Assembly: GCA_001780985.1 (NCBI GenBank)
Contig: MFJV01000001.1
Coordinates: forward strand, 37,466-101,465
From: Candidatus Gottesmanbacteria bacterium RIFCSPLOWO2_01_FULL_43_11b
Lineage (GTDB): Bacteria > Patescibacteriota > Microgenomatia > UBA10105 > UBA927
Direction of reading: 5' to 3'
Length of the DNA: 64,000 nucleotides
Shown here: positions 8,344-18,703 of the stretch, one piece after another
How the letters are laid out: each line of letters starts with the position of its first letter
How positions within the stretch are numbered: the first letter of the stretch is position 1
Notes under the pieces: model-generated
Databases searched by the model: none
What the model was told of the DNA's origin: nothing
Seen by the model: the letters and a program-made list of their open reading frames with translations, nothing else
Position numbers and translations under genes: made by a program

Positions 8344-8883
8344 TTGATGCTTATGAAATACATTGCGCTCATCGCGCTTTTTTTGTCGGCCCTAACCCCT
8401 GTTTTTGCAGAAGGGGAATCTGACGCGGCAGCTTCGCTTGTCGCACACGCAGCCTCCCAGGATGAGCGGGTTGAGCGGCTTACCGACTTCCTTGCTTCCC
8501 AAAACTCGCCATTTGCGGATGAAGCCTCCTATTTTGTTGCTGAAGCTGACCGATTAAACCTAGATTGGAAACTTGTTGCCGCCATTGCCGGTGTTGAATC
8601 AACATTCGGAAAGCATATTCCTACAGGTTCATACAACGCCTGGGGTTGGGGAGTATTTACAGGAACCCAGTGGGGAGTTGCGTTTGCAAACTGGAGGGAT
8701 GGTATTACCCAGGTATCTGAGGGAATCAAGTTTAACTACATCGACAAAGGTGCAGAGACAATTGAACAGATTGGTCGAATTTACGCTGCCTCTCCGGCTT
8801 GGAGCTGGAAGGTGCATTTCTTTCTCGATCAAATTGAAGCATTTGCTCCAAACGACTCAACCCAACTAGATATCACCATCTAA
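8344..8883 (+). CDS. Secreted protein; putative GH73-like peptidoglycan hydrolase (paralog 2)
   Basis: Signal peptide. LVAAIAGVESTFGKH...NAWGWGVF mirrors the upstream paralog. Confidence 0.45.
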   Translation: MMLMKYIALIALFLSALTPVFAEGESDAAASLVAHAASQDERVERLTDFLASQNSPFADEASYFVAEADRLNLDWKLVAAIAGVESTFGKHIPTGSYNAWGWGVFTGTQWGVAFANWRDGITQVSEGIKFNYIDKGAETIEQIGRIYAASPAWSWKVHFFLDQIEAFAPNDSTQLDITI

Positions 8884-8921
8884 GGAACGGTATAATATGC
8901 TTGCCCTGAGTTCATCGAAGG

Positions 8922-9004
8922 GCTCCCGTGGCGGAATCTGGTATACGCGTACGCTTTAGGAGCGTATCCCGCAAGGGTTAGAGGTTCAACTCCTCTCGGG
9001 AGCA
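8922..9004 (+). tRNA. tRNA-Leu(TAG), class II with a long variable arm
   Basis: Acceptor GCTCCCG/CGGGAGC, anticodon stem TACGC/GCGTA with loop TTTAGGA, variable arm CCCGCAAGGG, T-arm AGAGG-TTCAACT-CCTCT. Confidence 0.75.
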
Positions 9005-9008
9005 CATA

Positions 9009-9026
9009 GAAGGTTCGCATACTTCC
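9009..9026 (+). repeat. REP-like palindromic element, copy a (GAAGGTTCGCATACTTCC)
   Basis: Exact copy of the 18-19 bp GGAAG-GTTCGCATA-CTTCC palindrome, immediately 3' of tRNA-Leu. Confidence 0.8.
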
Positions 9027-9076
9027 ACTCTCATTGACCTCTTGAAAAACTACGATGCCAGATGTATTGTGGGAGT

Positions 9077-9334
9077 ATGTTGACGAAAAACGACCTTTCT
9101 CAAATTCAGAAAATTGTTCAGGTTGAAACAAAAAAAATTGTTCAAGTGGAGACAAAAAAAATAGTAAGTAACGAACTTCAAAGAGAATTAAAACCGGTCA
9201 AGAAAGATATAAAAAAAATTAAGAGCGACATAAGTATTATTGTGAAAACATACGACCGAGATTTTGTTCATTTACGACGAAGAGTCAATCGTGTTGAAAG
9301 TCACCTCCAACTTCCTCCATTGCCTGCGTATTGA
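9077..9334 (+). CDS. Small hypothetical protein with a tandem KKIVQVET repeat
   Basis: ORF carrying an imperfect 27-bp tandem repeat; no homolog recognised. Confidence 0.3.
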   Translation: MLTKNDLSQIQKIVQVETKKIVQVETKKIVSNELQRELKPVKKDIKKIKSDISIIVKTYDRDFVHLRRRVNRVESHLQLPPLPAY

Positions 9335-10167
9335 TCAATTTTCCCCTCAATGCTACGATCGATTTAATGCGAAAGATTTTATTTCTAGTTTTACTTGCGT
9401 TGCCGGCCTTGCTTGCATACTCAGTTTATGCTTCTTCCCAACAAGCCTATCAGGACTATGTCTTTCAGGGGGACCTGTACCGCAAGGCATATTCTGAATT
9501 TACCATCGCAAAAAATGAGTATGAGAAGTTTAAGTCACTGGCTAGCGAAACCATTGCACTCGATAAAACCAAGCAGATGCTTACTACCCGCGATTCCTAC
9601 GTCCGCTCCTACTTATTGCTCCTTGTTGAAAAACTCGTTGAAAATCCGGGACTAACCTCCAGTGTACGGAATACTTCCGTTTCGCTTTTGACTGCTGAAG
9701 GTTCATTTTTAGAAAAACACAGCGCACTAGTTTCGGCAGTTGGATCGATATCCGAGACAGTGACTGTCTCTGGGCAGTTTGAATCACGATACGAACCGCT
9801 CGTTGGCATCGTTGAACAAACAAGAACAACGCTCATGCTCGGCAGTCTCAATAGCCTCGCCCTTTCCTACGATTCTACGGTTGCGATGGCACAAAATCTT
9901 ATCACTACTTACCGTGAGAGTTTACCGCCGACCAAACGCGCAACGATTGATCGATGGCTTCTAGAGATTCAAAACAAGCGCGGTCTTTACGAGCAAAAAA
10001 TCGATATCATTACGAGAAAAAATAAGGAACTGGCGGAAAGTGATGCATATGAAATACAACGACAATCCGTTGAAATTGGAGAAGAAGTTGCCGCAGCAAG
10101 ACAATTCCTTTTAGACGGTGCGTCATTTTTAAAAGAACTCGTTGCTGCTCTTAAATACGAAAATTAA
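9331..10167 (+). CDS. Hypothetical secreted coiled-coil protein
   Basis: N-terminal signal/TM (ILFLVLLALPALLAYSVYA) and helical, charged remainder. Confidence 0.4.
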   Translation: MINFPLNATIDLMRKILFLVLLALPALLAYSVYASSQQAYQDYVFQGDLYRKAYSEFTIAKNEYEKFKSLASETIALDKTKQMLTTRDSYVRSYLLLLVEKLVENPGLTSSVRNTSVSLLTAEGSFLEKHSALVSAVGSISETVTVSGQFESRYEPLVGIVEQTRTTLMLGSLNSLALSYDSTVAMAQNLITTYRESLPPTKRATIDRWLLEIQNKRGLYEQKIDIITRKNKELAESDAYEIQRQSVEIGEEVAAARQFLLDGASFLKELVAALKYEN

Positions 10168-10546
10168 TATGGATCAAAATGTGCCGGAAGAACAATCTGC
10201 TTTGATTGAACCAATACAGGAAACTCCACCGGTGCCCAAGAAAAGTGAAGTACCGAAAATAGTTATCATATCTTCACTTGTACTTCTCGCAGTAACTATC
10301 ATTGCTATTGGTGTCGTAAGTTGGAGTCAGAGTCAAAGAGAAATTGCTCAGCCTACTCCCACTCCGGTTCCACCCACGCCAACGCCTGTTCGTATACTTT
10401 CAAAAGTCGCTACAGAGTCAGCATTTATGCAATTTGAGGAAAGTACAGCCAGTCTTTCCGCGCTTATGTCCGGCTACACGATAATCGATAGTACGCTCTC
10501 ACTTCCAAACGTTCAGAGCTCTCCATTGGACTTTGGAAAACCGTAG
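10142..10546 (+). CDS. Hypothetical membrane-anchored protein with a Pro/Thr-rich linker
   Basis: Single TM, then a PTPTPVPPTPTPV linker. Confidence 0.35.
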   Translation: MLLLNTKINMDQNVPEEQSALIEPIQETPPVPKKSEVPKIVIISSLVLLAVTIIAIGVVSWSQSQREIAQPTPTPVPPTPTPVRILSKVATESAFMQFEESTASLSALMSGYTIIDSTLSLPNVQSSPLDFGKP

Positions 10547-10566
10547 TTTTGTGGTACACTCCACAC

Positions 10567-11418
10567 ATGAATTCTTCATTGCAAAAGCTTTCTGACAATA
10601 CTCTTGAGCTTACGATTACGATTCCCTGGGCGGATGTTGCCAAACAATACCAAACCTCCGTCGACGAGGCAGCTGCCAATACGGAACTTTCAGGATTCCG
10701 AAAAGGAAAAGCACCCCGCGATCTTGTTGAAAAGAATCTCGACAAAACAAAAGTCTACGAAGAAGTTCTTAAGGTACTTATCCCTAAAGTTTACAATGAA
10801 GCAGTTACTGAGAAAAAAATTAAACCTATTATTTCCCCGAAAGTTGAACTCAAAGAAGCTAATGAAAACAAAGACTGGGTTATCAGAATTCTCACCTGCG
10901 AAAAGCCGGATGTCACTCTTGGTGATTACAAAAAAGCTATTGGCGATCTTAAAGCAGGTATGAGCGCAAAAATTTGGAAGCCGGGAGATAAACAAGAAGA
11001 AAAACCTCAAACAACCAAACCTACACTCGACGAATTACTTATGGCGCTCTATGGAACGGTGACTATCAGTCTTCCGTCTCTTCTTATTGAGCACGAAGTA
11101 AATAGGCTTCTTTCTGAGCTCATTGACCAAACAAAAAAATTGGGTCTTTCTGTTGAGCAGTACCTTGCATCAACAAAACGCACAGCTGATTCTGTCCGAC
11201 ATGAGTATGAAGAACAGGCTAAGCGTACTCTAACGTTGGAATTTGCCCTTGAGACTATTGCAGACAAAGATGGGGTTCTCATTTCAGATGATGAGATCGA
11301 TACTGTTATTAACACGGCAAAAACAGATGAAGAAAAGAAGGCACTGGCAAATCAGCGATACTACCTGGCTTCGATTCTCCGTCGACAGAAAACACTTGAC
11401 ATGCTTGCGTCTTTATAA
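10567..11418 (+). CDS. tig: Trigger-factor-like chaperone (N-terminal ribosome-binding domain plus C-terminal arm; no PPIase domain evident)
   Basis: GFRKGKAPRDLVEKN matches the trigger factor GFRxGxxP ribosome-binding signature. At about 284 aa it is too short to include an FKBP domain. Confidence 0.55.
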   Translation: MNSSLQKLSDNTLELTITIPWADVAKQYQTSVDEAAANTELSGFRKGKAPRDLVEKNLDKTKVYEEVLKVLIPKVYNEAVTEKKIKPIISPKVELKEANENKDWVIRILTCEKPDVTLGDYKKAIGDLKAGMSAKIWKPGDKQEEKPQTTKPTLDELLMALYGTVTISLPSLLIEHEVNRLLSELIDQTKKLGLSVEQYLASTKRTADSVRHEYEEQAKRTLTLEFALETIADKDGVLISDDEIDTVINTAKTDEEKKALANQRYYLASILRRQKTLDMLASL

Positions 11419-11445
11419 TATAGGATAGTATAATTCCATATCGCC

Positions 11446-12039
11446 ATGACATCAAAGCAGCAAAATCAGAAAAAGTCCGTTACAAACTTCACAAACGACA
11501 ATATTCTTGAGTCGCTTCGGGGAGTAGGTGGCAACGTGGTCAAAACATCAGCTGACACAGCAACAAAAATTAGTAGCGACGTTCTCACGTCTCTTTTTGG
11601 TGCACTTCCTAAATCCGGTGAGCTTAAAGCTAATGAACCGATAGATATCAGAACTGAACAAGAGGCTGTACCTGTTGTTGCCCGAAGACCGGATATACTC
11701 TCCCCTCGAACAGATATTGCGGAATTAAACCTCAAACAGCAAATTGAGGCTGTTCGGATGGAACTCAAGGGTCTTGCTGAATCGCTCAAGAATCTCCATA
11801 CAGAGGTGGAGAAAACCATTAACGAAGTGCCTGTTGAACCGGGAATTTATCATGTCAACTTTTTTGCCCGACTCCGTTCATTTTTGAAAATTCTTCGGGA
11901 GCAAATAGATGACAGTCGCTCATGGATGGCAGTTTCTAACACCCGCAAAAAGAAAATGGGGTACTGGGGCATGTTCAAAAAACACGGAACAACTTTCGGT
12001 CTCTCCGGCGAACGCGCTATTGCCACGCAAGCTGGCTAA
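11446..12039 (+). CDS. Hypothetical protein
   Basis: 197-aa ORF, no recognised motif. TATAAT close to the ATG suggests a leaderless mRNA. Confidence 0.4.
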   Translation: MTSKQQNQKKSVTNFTNDNILESLRGVGGNVVKTSADTATKISSDVLTSLFGALPKSGELKANEPIDIRTEQEAVPVVARRPDILSPRTDIAELNLKQQIEAVRMELKGLAESLKNLHTEVEKTINEVPVEPGIYHVNFFARLRSFLKILREQIDDSRSWMAVSNTRKKKMGYWGMFKKHGTTFGLSGERAIATQAG

Positions 12040-12062
12040 TATATAATAAGGTAGTATCCTTA

Positions 12063-12134
12063 GGACGATTAGCTCAGTGGTAGAGCGCTGCATTCACATT
12101 GCAGATGTCGCAGGTTCAAATCCTGCATCGTCCA
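12063..12134 (+). tRNA. tRNA-Val(CAC)
   Basis: Acceptor GGACGAT/ATCGTCC, D-arm GCTC-AGTGGTA-GAGC, anticodon loop TTCACAT, T-arm GCAGG-TTCAAAT-CCTGC. Confidence 0.8.
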
Positions 12135-12191
12135 CAAGATCCACCTCTTGACCCCCAATAATTAGTAAGTTATCTTACAATTTCCCTGCAC

Positions 12192-12220
12192 TTGACATTT
12201 ATAACTATAGGGTGTATATT
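12192..12220 (+). promoter_or_regulatory. Sigma70-type promoter (TTGACA-17-TATATT) for the giant surface protein gene
   Basis: Perfect -35, 17-bp spacer, good -10, about 30 nt upstream of the ATG. Confidence 0.5.
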
Positions 12221-12249
12221 CCACAGACTATCGGCCTAATGCAACAAAA

Positions 12250-15200
12250 ATGAAATTTTTCCACAAAAGCATTTCATTAATAACTGGCCTTCTCCTGGTA
12301 CTTCAATCATTAGTGCCGGCCCTTAGCATCGCTCCAAATTACGTTTTCGCACAAGATGCAGAAGAACAAGTTCAGGAGCAGGTTGAGCCAACGGCAGCGA
12401 TCGAACCATCTCCCGAACCCACGTTTGAACCAACTCCTACTGAAGAAGTTTTGCCTACTCCTACTGAAGAAGTAAGTCCGACACCGGAAACATCAGAACC
12501 TCCTCATGAAACAAGCCCCCCTGAGCCTGTCGAAGGGGACATTCTTGACGGTGTATCTTCTACTATAATGCCAACACCGCAAGTCAGTTCAGCTACGACG
12601 GAAGAAGGACAAGTTAATGCAATTCTTTTACATGAAGTTGAAGCAAATAGCCTTGATTTAGATTCAGTCGATCCTAAAAGTGCAACACTCTCAACAGATA
12701 AAGCTGATTATGCTCCCACAGACACAGTTGTTATCACAGGCACAAATTTTGATCCAAACACAAACTACACATTATCGATTACATCTGGTGACGAACCGGC
12801 ATATTCATTCCAGACGGCTATAACTACAGATGGTGAAGGAAGCTTTGTCTACGCCCACCAATTGGATGGTACGTATAGGCCAAACTATCAGGTAACAGTC
12901 ACCGCAGGGGAATCTACTGTGGCATCAACCACGTTTACTGATAGCCCTCCTTCCGGCTGTTTCAATGATTCAGCAGGTGCAAATGATGAACCAGGGCAAA
13001 AAGATTTATCAAAAGCGTGTGTAGACTATACAGGGCTTCCAACCTCAATTGACGTTGATTGGAATTGGGATGAAATTGCCTGGTCTGGTGCAAACACCGG
13101 TGATGCATGTAGTCTTTTTGATACGGATAACGATGGATTTGCAAATTATTCGCTGTGTGTTCGGGTTTCAGGTGATCCCGCAACATACCAAAATCATGTA
13201 CTCTTCTCATGTACCGATACAAAAGCAGATCGCTGTAGCGGTTCAGCAGGCATCGCAAATACGAGTTCCTGCACTGCTTCAGTCCAGTCTACAGATCCGT
13301 TTTTAACAGGTGATGAGTATCCTGATGACACAGGTGCAAGTTGTACAATAAATATGGCTGATGTCGGTGGAGCCACAGCAAGTCTTATTGATGTCTGTTC
13401 CTATCCATCTCAACAGCCCAATTCCGATCCATCAGACTGTATTTTTGCTTCAACTGCAAGTCAAACCGGACTTTTGGAGGTTCGAAAAGCATTAAGTCCA
13501 ACCACTGATTCCGGACTATTTAATCTTTCGATTAACAGCATTACATATGCTTTTGATGCTGGCCACAATGGTACTACTGGAGAAAAAGTCGTCGATACGG
13601 GCAATCACACCTTTGGTGAAACCCAAGGCACAGGTACGATTCTCAGCGATTACACAACAACAGTCCAATGTTTAAACGCTGCCGGTGCACAGGTTACAAC
13701 GACTGGAACTAACCCTTGGACTGTTAATATTGCCAATAACGCAGATATTGTTTGTACGATTACCAATACGCTCAACCAGGGCACACTCATCGTTGAAAAA
13801 GTGGTGGTTAATGACAATGGTGGCACACTCCTGGCTAATAACTTTTCTTTCCAAGTTGATGGCGGTACCGCTCAACCATTTGAAGCCGACGGCCACAATG
13901 AGATTACCGTAAGCCCTGGAACATATGATGTCACTGAACCGGCTGTGTCAGGCTATAGCACCACATATGATAACTGTACAGATGTCGTTGTTCCAAACGG
14001 TGGATCTGCTACTTGTATTATTACCAACAACGACCAGCAAGCGTATATCATTGTCGACAAGACAGTAGTTAACGACAACGGTGGATTAGCGGTTGCCAAC
14101 GACTTCCTTTTAACCGTTGATGGTAATCCAGTTTCAGACGGAGCGACCTTCGCAGTTAACCCAGGCGCTCACTCAGTCGGTGAAACGCCTCTTCCTGGCT
14201 ACACGGCCGGGGCTTGGGGTGGAGACTGTGACGTGAATGCAGGTGTCACTGTTAATCTTGGAGAAACAAAGACATGTACTATCACCAACGACGATCAGGC
14301 GGGAATGCTCATAGTCAAAAAGATTGTCACCAACGATAACGGTGGAACTTTGGAAACTGACGACTTTACTTTTGAAGTAAATGGCGGAGGCGCACAGGCA
14401 TTTGAAGCAGATGGCCAAAATGATCTTACGGTAGATGCAGGATCATATACCATAACAGAACCTACGGTTACAGGATATGAAACCTCGTATGACAATTGTA
14501 CGAGAGTTGCTGTCACAAACGGCGGATCTGCAACCTGTACGATCACAAATGACGATATTCAGCCACTTTTGACTGTTACGAAGATTGTCACCAACGATAA
14601 CGGTGGAAACGCGGTTATCTCCGATTTCCCGTTGTTTGTAAATGCAACACAGGTAACTAGCGGTGTACAAAACGGATTTAATGCAGGAAGTTACGTCGTA
14701 AGCGAAACGAGTCTAACTGGCTATACCGGAAACGTTAGCGGCAATTGTGCTGGAAACGGTTCTGTTACACTCGCAATTGGTGACGTAAAAGAATGTACGA
14801 TAACCAATGACGATGTTGCTCCTACGATTACTTTGATTAAATTAGTTAAAAACGATAATGGGGGAACGGCAGACGTTGGAGACTTTATACTCTCACTTGG
14901 CAACGGCAACGTCACGAGTGGTGTTCAAAATACTGTTAATGCAAACACAGCCTATGAAATTGATGAGGCCGGTCCTCTGGGATATGAATTTGTGTCTATT
15001 GCCGGCGACCCTGAATGTCCTTTGGTGCTCGCGGGGAACGTCACTGCAGACGAAGGAAAAAACATTACGTGTACAATCACCAATACCGACCAACCGGCAA
15101 CACTTACACTCATAAAGAACTTACCCAATGATAACGGAGGTACAGCGGGTGATGTCGCCTTCAACGTCTACATTAATACCGTCGCCTCAACATGGGGTAG

Positions 15201-17772
15201 CCACATTCTTGATGCAGGATCATACACAATAAGTGAAGACACGCTTTCCGGCTACACCGCGGGAATTTGGAGCGGCGACTGTGACGAAAACGGCAATGTA
15301 ACACTGCTTCCGGGCGATCAAAAAACGTGTGAAATTACCAATGATGATGAAGCCTCAACCTTGATAGTTAAAAAGATTGTAGTTGGTGGGTCAGCCAGTG
15401 CCAATGACTTCACATTTCAAGTGAATGGTGGAGAACCCAATCCGTTTGAAGCAGACGGTCAAAATGATCTGACACTCGATGCCGGAACGTATACGGTCAC
15501 AGAACCGGAAGTAACCGGTTATTCCGTCTCTTACGATAACTGTACCGAAGTTGTTATTCCAAATGGGGGCACGGAAACATGTACGATTACCAATACCCGT
15601 GATACAGGCGGCCTCACAGTTCATAAGCTCGTCGATAGCGACGCTGACGGTGTATATGAAGGCGCTGATGCAGAAGCAACTGTACTCGGGTTTGATTGGG
15701 GATTTGATCCAAGTGACACCCCCAACGCAATGGGCGCATCACTTTCCTTAGATACTGACAGTTACAATGTCTTTGAAAGTGGCGTTACTGGATATCACTC
15801 GGTCGGTTGGTTCTATACAAATAGTGAGGGAAGCTGTGAAAATCCTGCTGGCAGAGAACCTCCTGCAGTTGTTGATGTAACAAAAGACACAACCACAAAT
15901 ATCACATTCTGTAACACCCGCGATCTTGGAACAATCACAGTTCTTAAAAATATTGACTGGGATGAAAGCGGTCAAATCGGTGATCATCCAAATGATGTAT
16001 TGGGAGATACCACATGGACTTGGGATATTGAAAGCGGGCAGCAAGATATTGCAACCGGAGAATCAAGAACTTTAGCAACTGGAAGCTACACGATAACTGA
16101 AGACGAACAAACGTATTATCAGCTCGTCGGTTGGGTCTGTGACAATGACACGAGTGGTGAGTCAAATAGCATTCCGGTTGACCTTACCCAAGACGGTCAA
16201 AACATTACGTGTACATTCACCAATACACCTGATAAGGGAACTGTGACGGTAAACAAAGACGTTGATTCAGACGGTGATGGTGTTGTTGATATTTTTGGAT
16301 CTAGCGACTGGATTTGGGAATTAGGCAGTCTCGACTACCCAACCGGTACTACAGTAGACGTCGTACCCGGAGACTACTCTCTCACGGAATTTCAGGAGAC
16401 TGATTACCATGTTACAGATCTTACCTGTGATGATATCTCTTTGGGAGCAGTTGAAAGTACCCAAGTAAGCGTTGAACCGGGACAAGATATTACGTGTACA
16501 TTCACAAATACCCGTGACACTGGCGGACTTACTGTACACAAAATGGTTGATGGAGGTGACGGTAACTTTGTCTCTGCTGATCCCGGTGCATTTACCTGGG
16601 GATTTGATTTTGGTAATACCCCCAATGCAATGGGATCAGGACTTACCCTTGTTACGGGAAGCTACAATGTTTATGAAAGTGAAGTTCCCGGATATCACTT
16701 GACTGGTTGGTTCTATACGAATGACGATGCAAGTTGTGAAGATACTGATGGTGGTGAGCCTCCTGCAGTTGTCGATGTAACAAATGGTGACACAACTGAA
16801 ATTACATTCTGTAACGTCCGCGACACCGGTGACCTTCGAGTCAATAAATTTGTCGATACAGATGGCGACGGTGACTATGACTCATTTAATCCGGAAGCAT
16901 TTAAGTGGGGTACGGAAAGTGCTGTTCTTGCCGCTACAGATATGGGATCCAGTCAAACGCTGATTACAGGAACCTACGATGTCTTTGAAAATGATGTTCT
17001 CGGATATCAATTTACCGGTTGGTACACTGGTGATCCTCGGGAAAATCAATTTAGCTGCGATAACCCTGAATTTACAACGCTGCCGACTAACCTTAATGTT
17101 ACGGGTGAAGGATTGGAGATTACCTTATGTAATAAGCTTATGAATCCGGTCTTAACTATTTCAAAGACAAATGATGCTGGTGGAGACAAAAATCCTGGTG
17201 ACAGTGTTGTCTTTACCATTACCGTTGAGGCAACACAAAGCGCAGCGTATAACGTATTTGTCACCGATCTTCCGGATGGTGGATTCACCTACCGCGCAGG
17301 AAGCTGGACTGCAACCAAAAACGGCATTCCGTTTGCGATCACTGAACCGGTCTATGCATCTCCAGGACTCTGGTCAATCGGGGATATGAGTATTGGTGAC
17401 GTAGTTGTTCTTACCTATATTGCTGATATTGCTTCGGATATTACTCCGGGGCTTTACAAAGATCTTGTCTGGGCATTTGGTTGTATATTTGATACCGATT
17501 GTGTGGTAGGAGACGGCAATGATGTTTTGGCTACGGCAATTGACCCGGGATTTGTATCAGAAAACTATGCAGGAACAGGCGTAAATATTGTCAAAGAACA
17601 GCAAAATGGTTCTTCAATTACCGTCGAACAAAAATCAGAAGTTTTGGGGGCATCAACTGAGCTTCCGGCAACCGGAGCAAACGCCAAATGGCTTCTTGTT
17701 GCAGTATTACTATTCTTATCAGGTGTCGGATTTGTCTCTGCCGGAAGATTAGTTCGGAGGTATTATGCGTAA
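12250..17772 (+). CDS. Giant (1840 aa) cell-surface protein: signal peptide, Pro/Glu-rich stalk, at least 12 tandem Ig-like repeats, C-terminal LPATG sortase-sorting signal
   Basis: N-terminal signal peptide. Repeated roughly 90-aa modules (IVKKIVTNDNGGT...TCTITNDD). The C-terminus LPATGANAKWLLVAVLLFLSGVGFVSAGRLVRRYY is an LPXTG motif plus hydrophobic segment plus basic tail. Confidence 0.75.
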   Translation: MKFFHKSISLITGLLLVLQSLVPALSIAPNYVFAQDAEEQVQEQVEPTAAIEPSPEPTFEPTPTEEVLPTPTEEVSPTPETSEPPHETSPPEPVEGDILDGVSSTIMPTPQVSSATTEEGQVNAILLHEVEANSLDLDSVDPKSATLSTDKADYAPTDTVVITGTNFDPNTNYTLSITSGDEPAYSFQTAITTDGEGSFVYAHQLDGTYRPNYQVTVTAGESTVASTTFTDSPPSGCFNDSAGANDEPGQKDLSKACVDYTGLPTSIDVDWNWDEIAWSGANTGDACSLFDTDNDGFANYSLCVRVSGDPATYQNHVLFSCTDTKADRCSGSAGIANTSSCTASVQSTDPFLTGDEYPDDTGASCTINMADVGGATASLIDVCSYPSQQPNSDPSDCIFASTASQTGLLEVRKALSPTTDSGLFNLSINSITYAFDAGHNGTTGEKVVDTGNHTFGETQGTGTILSDYTTTVQCLNAAGAQVTTTGTNPWTVNIANNADIVCTITNTLNQGTLIVEKVVVNDNGGTLLANNFSFQVDGGTAQPFEADGHNEITVSPGTYDVTEPAVSGYSTTYDNCTDVVVPNGGSATCIITNNDQQAYIIVDKTVVNDNGGLAVANDFLLTVDGNPVSDGATFAVNPGAHSVGETPLPGYTAGAWGGDCDVNAGVTVNLGETKTCTITNDDQAGMLIVKKIVTNDNGGTLETDDFTFEVNGGGAQAFEADGQNDLTVDAGSYTITEPTVTGYETSYDNCTRVAVTNGGSATCTITNDDIQPLLTVTKIVTNDNGGNAVISDFPLFVNATQVTSGVQNGFNAGSYVVSETSLTGYTGNVSGNCAGNGSVTLAIGDVKECTITNDDVAPTITLIKLVKNDNGGTADVGDFILSLGNGNVTSGVQNTVNANTAYEIDEAGPLGYEFVSIAGDPECPLVLAGNVTADEGKNITCTITNTDQPATLTLIKNLPNDNGGTAGDVAFNVYINTVASTWGSHILDAGSYTISEDTLSGYTAGIWSGDCDENGNVTLLPGDQKTCEITNDDEASTLIVKKIVVGGSASANDFTFQVNGGEPNPFEADGQNDLTLDAGTYTVTEPEVTGYSVSYDNCTEVVIPNGGTETCTITNTRDTGGLTVHKLVDSDADGVYEGADAEATVLGFDWGFDPSDTPNAMGASLSLDTDSYNVFESGVTGYHSVGWFYTNSEGSCENPAGREPPAVVDVTKDTTTNITFCNTRDLGTITVLKNIDWDESGQIGDHPNDVLGDTTWTWDIESGQQDIATGESRTLATGSYTITEDEQTYYQLVGWVCDNDTSGESNSIPVDLTQDGQNITCTFTNTPDKGTVTVNKDVDSDGDGVVDIFGSSDWIWELGSLDYPTGTTVDVVPGDYSLTEFQETDYHVTDLTCDDISLGAVESTQVSVEPGQDITCTFTNTRDTGGLTVHKMVDGGDGNFVSADPGAFTWGFDFGNTPNAMGSGLTLVTGSYNVYESEVPGYHLTGWFYTNDDASCEDTDGGEPPAVVDVTNGDTTEITFCNVRDTGDLRVNKFVDTDGDGDYDSFNPEAFKWGTESAVLAATDMGSSQTLITGTYDVFENDVLGYQFTGWYTGDPRENQFSCDNPEFTTLPTNLNVTGEGLEITLCNKLMNPVLTISKTNDAGGDKNPGDSVVFTITVEATQSAAYNVFVTDLPDGGFTYRAGSWTATKNGIPFAITEPVYASPGLWSIGDMSIGDVVVLTYIADIASDITPGLYKDLVWAFGCIFDTDCVVGDGNDVLATAIDPGFVSENYAGTGVNIVKEQQNGSSITVEQKSEVLGASTELPATGANAKWLLVAVLLFLSGVGFVSAGRLVRRYYA

Positions 17773-18703
17773 ACTTGTTACAGCTCTAACCATATTCATG
17801 TTTGCAGGCGCTGTTTATGCGGCAAACCTTGACGTGCGAATTGAACAGCCAAAGTCACCGACCAACCAAAATAGTTTTCCTGTGCATTTTGTTGCTCTTG
17901 ATATATTAGACCGTCCGGTTACTGTTAAATGTTTCAAAAAGGGTCCATCCGATGGTGGATTTGTCCAGTTTGGCAGCGACATAAATCTTGCCTCGGGAGG
18001 AAACAGCGGAAATTGTGACGTCAATAGCTCTATTCTTACAGGAAACGGGACGTATGAATTTAAAGTAGAAGCAACTGCAGGTAGCGACTCTGATTCAGAG
18101 ACCACCAGTGTTGTCTATAATACAGACGGCCCGGGTGATCCGCGTGACTATCAGAAAAACAAAACTAACAGTTGTGAATACACCATTCACTTTAAAACTG
18201 CAGATGATGCAGGTAAAACAGTAAAAGTCGAAGTATACCGTTCAGAAAACATGTCATTTAATACAGACAGCGGTACGCGCGTAGGAACAGTCGGTGCGGG
18301 CTCAAATGAAACGAAAGATTTTACAAACACCATTCCTGACTGCAACAAAACCTATTACTATGCTATTCGATCTTTCGATAGCACCGGAAATGGCTCTGGA
18401 GTCGTCGGGGATAGCGTGACAACAACAACTGTTATTAACCCAACACCGACTCCGGGCGGAACGGCATCTGCAATTGCGGTAAGTGGCGGATCAGTATTGG
18501 ATGAAACAGCTCCGGAAACTACACCTGAGTCAACACCGACACCCCAACCTTCATTGGAAGATGTGGAAGGTAGTGTTGAAGGAATTGCAACAGGAGATGC
18601 ATCGTCATCTAACAATCTCTATGGATGGCTCCTTGGCGGTGGTATACTGGGAGTAGGAATATTGCTCTATGCCATCGCAAAAAGCCGCAAACAAGCTCGC
18701 TAA
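17765..18703 (+). CDS. Secreted protein with a C-terminal membrane anchor; possible minor sortase substrate or fibre subunit
   Basis: Signal peptide, Ig-like content, C-terminal GWLLGGGILGVGILLYAIAKSRKQAR. Translationally coupled to the upstream giant gene. Confidence 0.45.
   Translation: MRKLVTALTIFMFAGAVYAANLDVRIEQPKSPTNQNSFPVHFVALDILDRPVTVKCFKKGPSDGGFVQFGSDINLASGGNSGNCDVNSSILTGNGTYEFKVEATAGSDSDSETTSVVYNTDGPGDPRDYQKNKTNSCEYTIHFKTADDAGKTVKVEVYRSENMSFNTDSGTRVGTVGAGSNETKDFTNTIPDCNKTYYYAIRSFDSTGNGSGVVGDSVTTTTVINPTPTPGGTASAIAVSGGSVLDETAPETTPESTPTPQPSLEDVEGSVEGIATGDASSSNNLYGWLLGGGILGVGILLYAIAKSRKQAR

Noticed and set aside
8880-9155. 91-aa minus-strand ORF containing GSMRTF
   Set aside because: It overlaps tRNA-Leu and the REP-like copy on the opposite strand. 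The GSMRTF is just the element's translation.
12962-17288. Numerous minus-strand and alternate-frame ORFs inside the 5.5-kb surface-protein gene and the repeat-protein genes (e.g. 21392-21688, 22404-22799, 23469-23804)
   Set aside because: They are shadow ORFs of a repetitive, low-stop-codon coding region. None has an independent start context or a recognisable domain.
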